NCBI GenBank assembly: GCA_002104905.1
Contig: MCFE01000656.1
Span: 1 to 49,312 of the forward strand
Reading direction: 5' to 3'
Length of the DNA stretch: 49,312 nt
Source: Basidiobolus meristosporus CBS 931.73
Taxonomy: Eukaryota > Fungi > Basidiobolomycota
Below the pieces are notes generated by a model. It made no database searches, was not told where the DNA came from, and saw nothing but the letters and a program-made list of their open reading frames with translations. A program made the translations under genes and the position numbers. Of the stretch, positions 1-10,808 are shown one piece after another; position 1 is the first letter of the stretch, and each line of letters begins with the position of its first letter.

Positions 1-734
1 TGATAGATCAGTGGCTCTGCCTCGGTCTCGCATTTGAACACATCCTCGATCAGGATTCTTGGGGTGGACTTGTCATTCCCCGCTCCTGTCACATCTCCAT
101 CGGCGACCACGAACAGCAACTTCGACTCATCATCGTATTCACTCTGGACCACCGAGTTCACGGTCTTCAGGATGACCTCTTTGCTCTCACTGTAGCATGG
201 GATGTGCAAGGCCAGGAGCTTCTTGGACTTATTGCTTGGGTCCGGATCCGGTTTACAGTTCTTCGCCTTACGTTGAACGAATATAGCAGCGATAATGTTG
301 AGAAATGTTACCATCCCGGCACATGCCAAGAAAACTATATACACGATATCCAAAAATATACAGTATGGCAGATTAACTGTCAGTATACCTCTCCCTTCAT
401 TTGCATCGCTACATATTAGCGAAGGCAAAACAAACAAGAGCATGATCATAGATATCACCAGTATTATTATCGCACGAAAATACCGAAACTTTTCCCGCCA
501 GGCTTCTCTCTTTTCTTTGGTATTCAGCCCAAATGGTATTAGCAGGGTCTTGATGAACAAGAAATCGACTACGCTATTGAGACTTATCCAGAGCTTTTGA
601 GCCTCTGGAGATGTGATAGGCTTTTCTGTTGGTGGAAGTTGATACTTTTCGTCCCATTCTACGTAGTCTTCGAAGGAGAACTTGGGTACATCGGAGAAGA
701 TGCGCTTATGTGGCGAGATGTACACTTTGCTCAT
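1..734 (-). CDS. Chitin synthase-like gene, copy 1 (5' part only; runs off the left edge)
   Basis: Open frame from ATG at 734 reads MSKVYISPHKRIFSDVPKFSFEDYVEWDEKYQLPP...KREAWREK...KKLLALHIPCYSESKEVILKTVNSVVQSEY...VADGDVTGAGNDKSTPRIL. It is colinear with copies 2 and 3 and has no intron. Bases 1-226 are identical to 2818-3043. Confidence 0.9.
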   Translation of the reverse strand, partial: MSKVYISPHKRIFSDVPKFSFEDYVEWDEKYQLPPTEKPITSPEAQKLWISLNSVVDFLFIKTLLIPFGLNTKEKREAWREKFRYFRAIIILVISMIMLLFVLPSLICSDANEGRGILTVNLPYCIFLDIVYIVFLACAGMVTFLNIIAAIFVQRKAKNCKPDPDPSNKSKKLLALHIPCYSESKEVILKTVNSVVQSEYDDESKLLFVVADGDVTGAGNDKSTPRILIEDVFKCETEAEPLIY

Positions 735-1275
735 GCTTATGATAGGAGATTTAAGTTTCGGTGAAAGATACACGTTGCTCGAAAATGATTTGCGCGGTTT
801 CTCTTCCGAACTTTCACCGGAACTGCCAACTGTTGAAGAATCCAGCATGGCACCCTAAAGCAAAGGTTTGGGGATGAGTAGAGGACTGGAGCTACAATGC
901 TACTCGCGACATTCATCACGAGAGTAGACAGGTTTTTAAGACGACAGGATCGATTATTCCGGTGGGTTGGTATTGTTGATTACTTGGACATGAAATTAAT
1001 GTACCGCATTGTATTCCTATATGGTTTAGTTATATCGTACATTTGCGATCTAGCACAGGCCAATATTAATGAAATCTCATCACATTTGTGATCCGCTACA
1101 ATCAACCTAGATTGAATTAACCAGTTGGGTTTTATCTTATTTACTGAAGATTGATCGAAAAATTATTTCTGCTTGAATCCGAAATCCTTGACACTGACCA
1201 TTATCCAGGTGGGATATAACAATCCAATATTATGCTCAGAAATTAATAAAATATATTGATTGCACAATATTTACA

Positions 1276-3548
1276 TTATGACACAATAATATGATGTGGG
1301 GTATATGTGGCTGTGCGATCAGCAATACAAACTGGATCTGGAATTTGGATCCTTATTGTGTCCTTCTCTGATGTTAGACGGGTACTGCCCCAACTAAAAT
1401 CATCCATCTTCCATAAGCTGTACAATGGGATCACTACAGCCCACAATGGAAGCCCGAAGATGAACATGAACCACCAGCAGGCTTGCGTCTTCCTTCCGGC
1501 CATCAGTGCAATGAGTCCAGGCAGACAAAACAAGACTATAGGTGAAACCAAGTGATAACCAGGTAAGGTGTGTCCACAGGCCCCAAATCGCTATGCAGCA
1601 TCCGAGTGGCAAGAAGAACGGGATAGCCGATGCCGACCATAGTTCCGACACCATCACCAGCTTCATGCTCCACCTCATCCGCCAGGTTGGAAAGGCCGGT
1701 GGGTTCACAAACAGGTCGAAGTGGTTGTGGATCAGGGAGTTGGTCCACCTTCTGCGCTGGCACAGCAACACGCTCAGCTGATCCGGAACCGTGGTGGTGC
1801 ACACCGCAGATGGGATGTACCGTGTTCTCATGTCTGTCAAATAGCGGATCACCAGGGTGCAAAGATACCGATCCTCTCCGATGGTGAGCAGATTGTGTTC
1901 CCGCATCAGCTTAGGCTCGGCCATGTAGTCTCGCATGATCCGAGGATCCAGCACCGCTGGGCGGACCTCCTTCTTCCCGGTGTCTGGGTTGACACTGTGC
2001 CTCTTGAGTCGATAGATCGTAAAGCATCCCGACAGCACCAGCACATTCGCGTAGAACGACTCGAACGACTTGAGCAGGCAGTGGGTGAGGAAGTACTCAA
2101 ACACTTGGATCATGGTGATGTAGCTCTGCGTCCGATTCTCCACCTTCGTCTCGCCACAAACCCCCGAGAGCTTCGGATCTTTCTCCAGCGCCTGGACCAG
2201 TATATCGAGCCCATCTGGCCGGATGAAAGTGTCTGCATCTGCCACCAGCACATACTCTACGTCCTTCGCATTGCATCCGACTCGCTTGAGTGAGTTGTAC
2301 ATCTCGGCAAACATCGGGCAACTGAATCGAATTTTCCTCCTTCTTAGGTATCCAGAGAGCCGGTTGATGTCCACTGTTGATGCTTTCTAAGGGTGTACTA
2401 GGCATCGAGTCATTTCCGGAGTAGTATGAAGCAACACTGTACCCGTTTCCTGGCCCAGCTCCCCAGAGTGACAACCCTTGGATATGAGCACTTGTCTGCG
2501 CAATCTCAGTGTTGCAACTACTTCCGCTATGGCTGTACTCGAAACTTCCATCTGCAAATGAATCACCATCCTCCATTGCAATCTCCTCAAGCATCTCGTC
2601 CAAGAAGAACCCATTTGCCTCGCGGAAGAAGTTGTACACCACCAACTGCGAGTCTCGCTTGGACCTGTTCCCTGGCTTCGCTGCCTCTCTCTCACTCTCC
2701 AAGCCGACCTTCACCACTAGCAGGTACTTGATCTTGCGGTCTGGCTCACCCTCGGGCGAGTAGTACCCAGTGTACACACAGGCCTTGTTTAGTCTTTGGT
2801 CGCCATGGCCCACTGACTGATAGATCAGTGGCTCTGCCTCGGTCTCGCATTTGAACACATCCTCGATCAGGATTCTTGGGGTGGACTTGTCATTCCCCGC
2901 TCCTGTCACATCTCCATCGGCGACCACGAACAGCAACTTCGACTCATCATCGTATTCACTCTGGACCACCGAGTTCACGGTCTTCAGGATGACCTCTTTG
3001 CTCTCACTGTAGCATGGGATGTGCAAGGCCAGGAGCTTCTTGGGCTTCTCTGCCGGATCCGCTGGTAGCTTATACTTTCCCACCGTTCGCTGGACAACAA
3101 TGGCGGCGATGATGTTCATCAGCATCACCCCGACCGCACAGGCCATAAAGATGATGTACACCACGTCCAAGAACATGCAATATGGCAGCTTCACAGTGAG
3201 GATTCCTGTCGGGGCATCACTTCCGCTACATATAACAAACGGCAAGACAAACAGCAGCACTATCATCACCAGCACCAAAAAGATCATGGCTCGGAAGTAC
3301 CGGATCTTCTCACGCCACGCCTCCCGCTTCTCCTTGGTGTCCAGTCCGAATGGCTTTAGTAGAGACTTGATGAACAAGATGTCAATCACACTGTTGATGG
3401 CGACCCAGACTTTTTGGGCTTTCGGTGAGGTGATCGGCTTGTCAAGTGGTGGAAGCTGATACTTCTCGTCCCATTCTACGTATTCATCAATTTGGCCTTC
3501 GCCCAGTGCATCAGATAATTTCTCGGCAAGACCCTTGGTTGTTGACAT
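1276..3548 (-). pseudogene. Chitin synthase-like gene, copy 2, split by two +1 insertions (pseudogene or sequence error)
   Basis: ORFs 2097-3548, 1400-2374 and 1276-1551 together tile the copy 3 protein. Alignment to copy 3 shows an extra T at 2381 and an extra A at 1540. The GEDRYL and QRRRW motifs are intact. Confidence 0.85.
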
Positions 3549-4171
3549 AGAAATCGCTTGGGATTAGTATAAAGATACCGGCTTCGTGAGCTCCATTTAT
3601 CATTTCTAGCGTTGCGCACTGCACATCAAAATCGAACTCATATGTTGGCCAAGATATGTCTCGGTTGAACCAAGTAAAACCTCAATCTCAAGGTTTTTCC
3701 TGGTCCTTAACTTGACAAAAACTGATTCAGTGAAAAAGCTCTGATCCCTCTTACATAATCATCGATTTTTGGCGCCACTTTTTATGATTGCCCTTATCTT
3801 GTTAACACGGTGACTAGATGGCTCCAAGGCTGAGAGTAATGCAAGTCCCTACTTGCCAATTACGTATTGAATGTCGACTCAGGCACGGTCTGACGAGGCG
3901 GATATTGTGAATGAGACTGTTTCTGAGGCATACGATGTTGGGTATGCGCTAACGCCGCCATTTCAAACAACAGATTGGTGTCAGCTACTCAAAGACAAAC
4001 GGAGTCTGAAGTATTCAGAGTTATGACTATGATTTCTTTATTGAATGCTTGCAATGCGCTATGATAATGACTTACATGAATTTTATGTGGTTGATGGATA
4101 GTTTCATATGAATTGCTTCTCTACCTAGATTAAGGTTAAGGGATGGATGACTTGTCAAGGCGATATGGGGC

Positions 4172-6466
4172 TCATTCTGGAATATTGATGGCTGTGGCTT
4201 GTGGCTCCGAGTGAGGGTCTACTTCCCTAGGCTTTATCTCTTGAACCGATTCCAGAATGGTTTTGGAATAAGTTGGACGGGTACTGCCCCAACTAAAGTC
4301 ATCCATCTTCCATAAGCTGTACAATGGGATCACTACAGCCCACAATGGAAGCCCGAAGATGAACATGAACCACCAGCAGGCTTGCGTTTTCCTTCCGGCC
4401 ATCAGTGCAATGAGTCCAGGCAGACAAAACAAGACTATGGTGAAACCAAGTGATAACCAGGTAAGGTGTGTCCACAGGCCCCAAATCGCTATGCAGCATC
4501 CGAGTGGCAAGAAGAACGGGATAGCTGATGCCGACCATAGTTCCGACACCATCACCAACTTCATGCTCCACCTCATCCGCCAGGTTGGAAAGGCCGGCGG
4601 GTTCACAAACAGGTCGAAGTGGTTGTGGATCAGGGAGTTGGTCCACCTTCTGCGCTGGCACAGCAACACGCTCAGCTGATCCGGAACCGTGGTGGTGCAC
4701 ACCGCGGATGGGATGTACCGTGTTCTCATGTCTGTCAAATAGCGGATCACCAGGGTGCAAAGATACCGATCCTCTCCGATGGTGAGCAGATTGTGTTCCC
4801 GCATCAGCTTAGGCTCGGCCATGTAGTCTCGCATGATCCGAGGATCCAGCACCGCTGGGCGGACCTCCTTCTTCCCGGTGTCTGGGTTGACACTGTGCCT
4901 CTTGAGTCGATAGATCGTAAAGCATCCCGACAGCACCAGCACATTCGCGTAGAACGACTCGAACGACTTGAGCAGGCAGTGGGTGAGGAAGTACTCAAAC
5001 ACTTGGATCATGGTGATGTAGCTCTGCGTCCGATTCTCCACCTTCGTCTCGCCACAAACCCCCGAGAGTTTCGGATCTTTCTCCAGCGCCTGGACCAGTA
5101 TATCGAGCCCATTTGGCCGGATGAAAGTGTCTGCATCTGCTACCAGCACATACTCTACGTCCTTCGCATTGCATCCGACTCGCTTGAGTGAGTTGTACAT
5201 CTCGGCAAACATCGGACAACTGAATCGAATTTTCCTCCTTCTTAGGTATCCAGAGAGCCGGTTGATGTCCACTGTTGAGCTTTCTAAGGGTGTACTAGGC
5301 ATAGAGTCATTTCCGGAGTAGTATGAAGCAACACTGTACCCGTTTCCTGGCCCAGCTCCCCAGAGTGACAACCCTTGGATATGAGCACTTGTCTGCGCAA
5401 TCTCAGTGTTGCAACTACTTCCGCTATGGCTGTACTCGAAACTTCCATCTGCAAATGAATCACCATCCTCCATTGCAATCTCCTCAAGCATCTCGTCCAA
5501 GAAGAACCCATTTGCCTCGCGGAAGAAGTTGTACACCACCAACTGCGAGTCTCGCTTGGACCTGTTCCCTGGCTTCGCTGCCTCTCTCTCACTCTCCAAG
5601 CCGACCTTCACCACTAGCAGGTACTTGATCTTGCGGTCTGGCTCGCCCTCGGGCGAGTAGTACCCGGTGTACACACAGGCCTTGTTTAGTCTTTGGTCGC
5701 CATGGCCCACTGACTGATAGATCAGTGGCTCTGCCTCGGTCTCGCATTTGAACACATCCTCGATCAGGATTCTTGGGGTGGACTTGTCATTCCCCGCTCC
5801 TGTCACATCCCCATCGGCGACCACGAACAGCAACTTCGACTCATCATCGTATTCACTCTGGACCACCGAGTTCACGGTCTTCAGGATGACCTCTTTGCTC
5901 TCACTGTAGCATGGGATGTGCAAGGCCAGGAGCTTCTTGGGCTTCTCTGCCGGATCCGCTGGCAGCTTATACTTTCCCACCGTTCGCTGGACAACAATGG
6001 CGGCGATGATGTTCATCAGCATCACCCCGACCGCACAGGCCATAAAGATGATGTACACCACGTCCAAGAACATGCAATATGGCAGCTTCACAGTGAGGAT
6101 TCCTGTCGGGGCATCACTTCCGCTACATATAACAAACGGCAAGACAAACAGCAGCACTATCATCACCAGCACCAAAAAGATCATGGCTCGGAAGTACCGG
6201 ATCTTCTCACGCCACGCCTCCCGCTTCTCCTTGGTGTCCAGTCCGAATGGCTTTAGTAGAGACTTGATGAACAAGATGTCAATCACACTGTTGATGGCGA
6301 CCCAGACTTTTTGGGCTTTCGGTGAGGTGATCGGCTTGTCAAGTGGTGGAAGCTGATACTTTTCGTCCCACTCCACGTAGTCGTCCTCCCAAATTAGATT
6401 CTCTTGGCTCGGCGACGGGTAGCTATTGTGGGTTAAATAGCTGTCGGAGATATCCATCCCGGTCAT
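4172..6466 (-). CDS. Chitin synthase-like protein, copy 3 (764 aa, intronless, GT2 / Chitin_synth_2 type, division-2-like)
   Basis: Motifs REAWREK, VADGDVTGAGNDKSTP, KPGNRSKRDSQ, ADADT, CGET, IQVFEY, GEDRYL, QRRRW and WKMDDFSWGSTR. Hydrophobic segments lie N- and C-terminal to the catalytic region. Confidence 0.95.
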   Translation of the reverse strand: MTGMDISDSYLTHNSYPSPSQENLIWEDDYVEWDEKYQLPPLDKPITSPKAQKVWVAINSVIDILFIKSLLKPFGLDTKEKREAWREKIRYFRAMIFLVLVMIVLLFVLPFVICSGSDAPTGILTVKLPYCMFLDVVYIIFMACAVGVMLMNIIAAIVVQRTVGKYKLPADPAEKPKKLLALHIPCYSESKEVILKTVNSVVQSEYDDESKLLFVVADGDVTGAGNDKSTPRILIEDVFKCETEAEPLIYQSVGHGDQRLNKACVYTGYYSPEGEPDRKIKYLLVVKVGLESEREAAKPGNRSKRDSQLVVYNFFREANGFFLDEMLEEIAMEDGDSFADGSFEYSHSGSSCNTEIAQTSAHIQGLSLWGAGPGNGYSVASYYSGNDSMPSTPLESSTVDINRLSGYLRRRKIRFSCPMFAEMYNSLKRVGCNAKDVEYVLVADADTFIRPNGLDILVQALEKDPKLSGVCGETKVENRTQSYITMIQVFEYFLTHCLLKSFESFYANVLVLSGCFTIYRLKRHSVNPDTGKKEVRPAVLDPRIMRDYMAEPKLMREHNLLTIGEDRYLCTLVIRYLTDMRTRYIPSAVCTTTVPDQLSVLLCQRRRWTNSLIHNHFDLFVNPPAFPTWRMRWSMKLVMVSELWSASAIPFFLPLGCCIAIWGLWTHLTWLSLGFTIVLFCLPGLIALMAGRKTQACWWFMFIFGLPLWAVVIPLYSLWKMDDFSWGSTRPTYSKTILESVQEIKPREVDPHSEPQATAINIPE

Positions 6467-6578
6467 TATAGAAATGTGAGTTTGCCCGGAAGAAATCGGT
6501 TGCTTGGTAGTAAGCGGCGAAGTATGTTCTGGTTGAAAGAAGACGGCCAGGCTGTCTTTTATATGTTGCTAAGCACTC

Positions 6579-7233
6579 ATGACGAAGATCACCGAGAGGC
6601 TAACGTACTGGGATACCGGTGTTCGTCTCTGTAGATAATTGATTCATTTCACAATAGCGAAACCAGGAGTAGTACTTGACACATCGAAGAACCTATTCAA
6701 TTTCTGGAAGCCATCGTCGATCATCATCACACAATACGAGCTGAGGGTTAGGGTTATCCTGAAATAATCGAGGTCTAGAATCAGATAAAAACGAAATGAT
6801 TATTAATCTATCTTGCAGAAGAATATTTATCCAGGAAAGGGGAGAACTTGGATGGTATATATATATGGTATATAAATACTCGAAGCCTAGCAGTTCAGGG
6901 TCATAAATGATGGAATGCAATCTCTCACAGGACTCACCGCTTCGCGACCCCAAGGTTCGTGAACAACATCAATATAGAAAAAGCCGACTTTCGGAGCAGA
7001 TGCTTCACATGGAATCGGTCGAGGATAACTACGCCACCTCGCTGCAGCGCCTTTCCCAAACCAATATGTCCGAGTCTAAATACCAACCCTCGTTAAAAAC
7101 CTGCCCACTTTCCATCCCTGAGATTAGACAGGAACACACCCGTAGAAAGAGTGAATTGGAGAAACGACGTCTAGCTATGGACGGTATTGAAGCAGCCTAC
7201 GCTGCAATGCTTTCCCACTCTTTCTCGAACTAA
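6579..7233 (+). CDS. Hypothetical ~155 aa protein (proposed exons 6579-6618, 6658-6746, 6819-6854, 6931-7233)
   Basis: Three GT-AG introns (39, 72 and 76 nt) join in phase into one ORF ending in the 6907-7233 frame. No family recognised. Confidence 0.4.
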
Positions 7234-7326
7234 AGAACCAAATGTTTGAAATATACACATGGTCAATTGTAGTATGTATATATAGGATTATATCAATATA
7301 GAACTTGGTTGGCATATTTATTGAGT

Positions 7327-8755
7327 TCACAATTTACTTCTGGGTTGGCGAGAGAGTAATACTTCGTCGCGTAACTTCTCATCCAAAAAGAAATCCTCCA
7401 ACAATTGATCTTGGGGAATGCCTGGAGTAACAGAGTATTGATCGAAGTCGGTCATCCCATTTTCTCTCAACACCAACTCGTCAATACAGAATTTGCCCCT
7501 AATGAGCATCGGAATCAGTAACAATATACCGTCGAAAAAAGCTGTGGACTTACGTAAATTCGGATGATTTCTTGGTAAGAATGGCGTAAGCCGCATCGGC
7601 CATGATTTCCGGCTTCCTGTGAAATATGGTTTTGAGTACCCTGAACTTCTCTCAACCAATGGGAGAATTACCTAGTTTGATCAAGAGCGCCCTGGAAGCT
7701 CCCTGTATCAATGAGTTACTACCACCGCCTATCACCGCCTACCACCATCTCAACCCATCCACTTACCTATCACTTGGAGGGCAGCAGTTTTGATGGCTGT
7801 AAATGGCCACAATGCATTGACACCAATGCCATATTGGCGAAGCTCTTCGGACATCCCTGCAAATATCCAGGTCAGCACAAACCTACTGCACCTAGCTGCC
7901 ACCCTAGCTGCCGAATACTCAGCTCAGCTTACCAAGTACACACAATGACATTCCATATCTAAAACAATGACAAATAGGTCAATTACAGGCCAATAACCGA
8001 TGAGGCTGAAAATACAAAGCACATACTTGGCCATCGTATATGCAACATGTGGGGCAAACCAATTCGGATCAAGTGAGAGTGGGGGAGAAATGTTCAAAAT
8101 ATGAGGGTTCTCACTTTTCTTCAAGTAGCGGGATGGCATACTATGGCGTAGTATACGCATTGTCAATAATCGTGCCATATGAATGAACTTTGTGGCGTAC
8201 CTTCGAAACTAGCCAAGTGCCACGAGCATTGATTTGATTCATGAGGTCATATTTTTTAAGCGTGGTACTCTCTGTATTGGTCAGACTGATGGCGGAGGCT
8301 ATTCCATTATGAGTGAGTGTCCATGATGGATGGTGCTTGGTCACAGAGATCTAACCGTTATTTACAACAATATCAACTGCGCCGAATCGCTTGACGGTAT
8401 CCTCGAAGGCTTTGATGACTTGGGATTCGTCTCGAATATCACATTGAATCGGGATAGCTGCACCACCGGCTTGCTCGATTTCTTTGGATACAGTGAATAT
8501 GGTTCCTGGAAGCTGCTGAGTGGTTAGACTTCGTGTCAAGAGATTTTCTCTCAGCAATCTGCTTCACCTTGGGATGCGGTTCCACAGTCTTGGCGACGAC
8601 CGCAATGTTTGCACCATCCTTGGCGGCTTTTAACGCGATCGAGCGGCCAATACCTCTAGATACCCTCATCAATACCGTCATCTGAACCATTCTGGATAAA
8701 ACGAAAACAACCTGGAGGCGCCGGTGATGAACAGCGTTTTTCCGCGAAGTGACAT
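7327..8755 (-). CDS. HSDL2: Hydroxysteroid dehydrogenase-like protein 2 (HSDL2-type SDR), peroxisomal
   Basis: Spliced product MSLRGKTLFITGASRGIGRSIALKAAKDGANIAVVAKT...NNASAI...NARGT...HVAYTMAKYGMS...KPEIMADAAY...FCIDELVLRENGMTDFDQY. It ends in SKL (PTS1 signal). Confidence 0.9.
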
Positions 8756-9139
8756 TGTTATTTGAGAAAGGAGTGTGATTCCCTTTCTTCCCCTTCCTTT
8801 CCCCACCAATTTATAGTAGAAGGGCAGTCACGGAGACTCAGCGAATAAGCGCACAAGATTTGTCATCATATTCACATGGTTTCATGCAATGAATCTAGCA
8901 ACATAAAGAGCGGAGTAGGTCATGTGATGGAGTGGTGTTCAATGCTCTCAACTGTCAGGTGATTTGAGTTCAGAGGTCATCCACCACTGCCGAATTAAAC
9001 TAGTAAACATCACTTAACCATCAATTACAGTCACTGCTTAGCTTATTACTTCTTAGCATCCAAAAGGGATAGAGGAAGCTACGATAGAAACGTGTCCTGG
9101 TCGATCCTTTTCTCTAGTGTTGTTAGCAAACAAATCGAT

Positions 9140-10486
9140 ATGTCTGATTTAAGCGATTCGAATCCAGCCCTGCTTGAAGCAAACCAGGTTCGCCACAGAA
9201 CCCCTAGCCCCAAACCTTCGCGTTTGGACCTTGGTGCCAGCTCTAGTGAGGATGTCTCTGAGGCAAGCGCTCAAGACACTTCTTATCCTGTATCTATGGA
9301 TTCGGCGACCCCTCCGTTACCTGGTACTTTTAAAGTAGGCGTCTCTCACGATCGTAATAGGCGTTTCCGTAGAACAATGGAGGTAAAGAAAGATCCTATT
9401 TTGATTACTCGTGTACTTTCCCTTAAATACCCGCTGCTGTAGGATGCACATGCGTACATTCATGATTTTGGGGGCGTGGAGGGACAGGGGTACTTCGCGA
9501 TTTTCGATGGACATGCTGGTAAAAAAGCGGCAGAATGGTGTGGAGAACATCTCCATGAGGTTAGCAACGTTCTTTCACCCCAATGATATATAATGTATCT
9601 ACCGGCATGGTTTATTCAACACGGCCCTAGATATTTTTAGACACCATGAAAGCCAATCCGTCCGCACCTATCCCTGAAATATTTCACAAAACGTTCTTGG
9701 AAACAGACAAGCAGCTGGAGAGCAACGAGAATCATTCTGGCTGTACGGCCATCACAACTTTTCTACGTGTTGATCAACAGCCATCGGACGCGGACGAGAA
9801 GTCCCAAAGCCCCACGGTAAGCCTATTCACTTCATGAGCTCTCGCCATATCAGGCTAAACATACCAAAACCAAAGCGTATTCTGTGCGCTGCAAATGTCG
9901 GCGATGCCAGAGCGGTGTTGTGGTAAGCATTTACCTATGCAAAATACGCCACCAACTCTATTAATCATTTGAACCAGCCGCAATGGAAAGGCGATTCGTC
10001 TCTCCTACGATCACAAAGGCTCAGACCCCCAAGAGGTTAAGCGTATTGTAAGTGCAGGTGGCTTTATTATCAATAACCGCGTAAACGGTAAGCTTCATAA
10101 TGAGAGTCGATCTATGCCTGCACGTGTCTGAGATGAGCGGTATATGTATCTAGGGGTTATTGCCGTTACCAGATCTCTAGGAGACGGAACTATGAAAGAG
10201 TTTATCGTTGGAAGCCCATACACAACGGAAACTACCCTCAGTAGCCAGGACCCCTTTTTTATTTTGGCCTGCGATGGGGTAAGCAAGTCACACTTACCTT
10301 CGACTCATTTAGCTGCACACGACTGACATTTCTTAGCTGTGGGATGTTTGCAGTGACCAGGAAGCTGTGGATCTGGTTGCCGACATTGAAGACCCTCAAG
10401 AGGCGAGCGACAAGCTGCTCGATTACGCACTTCGCAATTTCAGTACCGACAATCTCAGCGTGATGGTTGTCCGTCTTTACCACTAG
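9140..10486 (+). CDS. PTC1: PP2C protein phosphatase (Ptc1-like)
   Basis: Exons encode [59 protein letters not shown] and [10 protein letters not shown]. Confidence 0.92.
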
Positions 10487-10808
10487 CACTGGTAGCATTC
10501 CCAAGTGATTGTTATTCGTCTTTGCCATTAGAATTGGTAGCATCCCCAGATGCGATAGAATCACATCTTCGCTTCCACATCCCTAGAGGCAGCTGATCTC
10601 AGTAAATTTGAATATTTCCTAGTATTTATATGATTTCCTTTCAATAAAACATTTGGTGTACAGCATTTTTATTACCAAAGATGTGGTAACAAGGGTTGTT
10701 TGGGATAGATAATGCGTAGTGTGTTTGATGAGATGGGGTCTAATCAAAATGCTTGCAGGTTTGCTGGGTGATGGGAGCGATGAATACAGAAGAGATAGCA
10801 AATGTCTC

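Noticed and set aside
3872-4030. Short ~50-codon ORF in the spacer between CHS copies 2 and 3
   Set aside because: Too short, no counterpart in the other spacer and no recognisable features.
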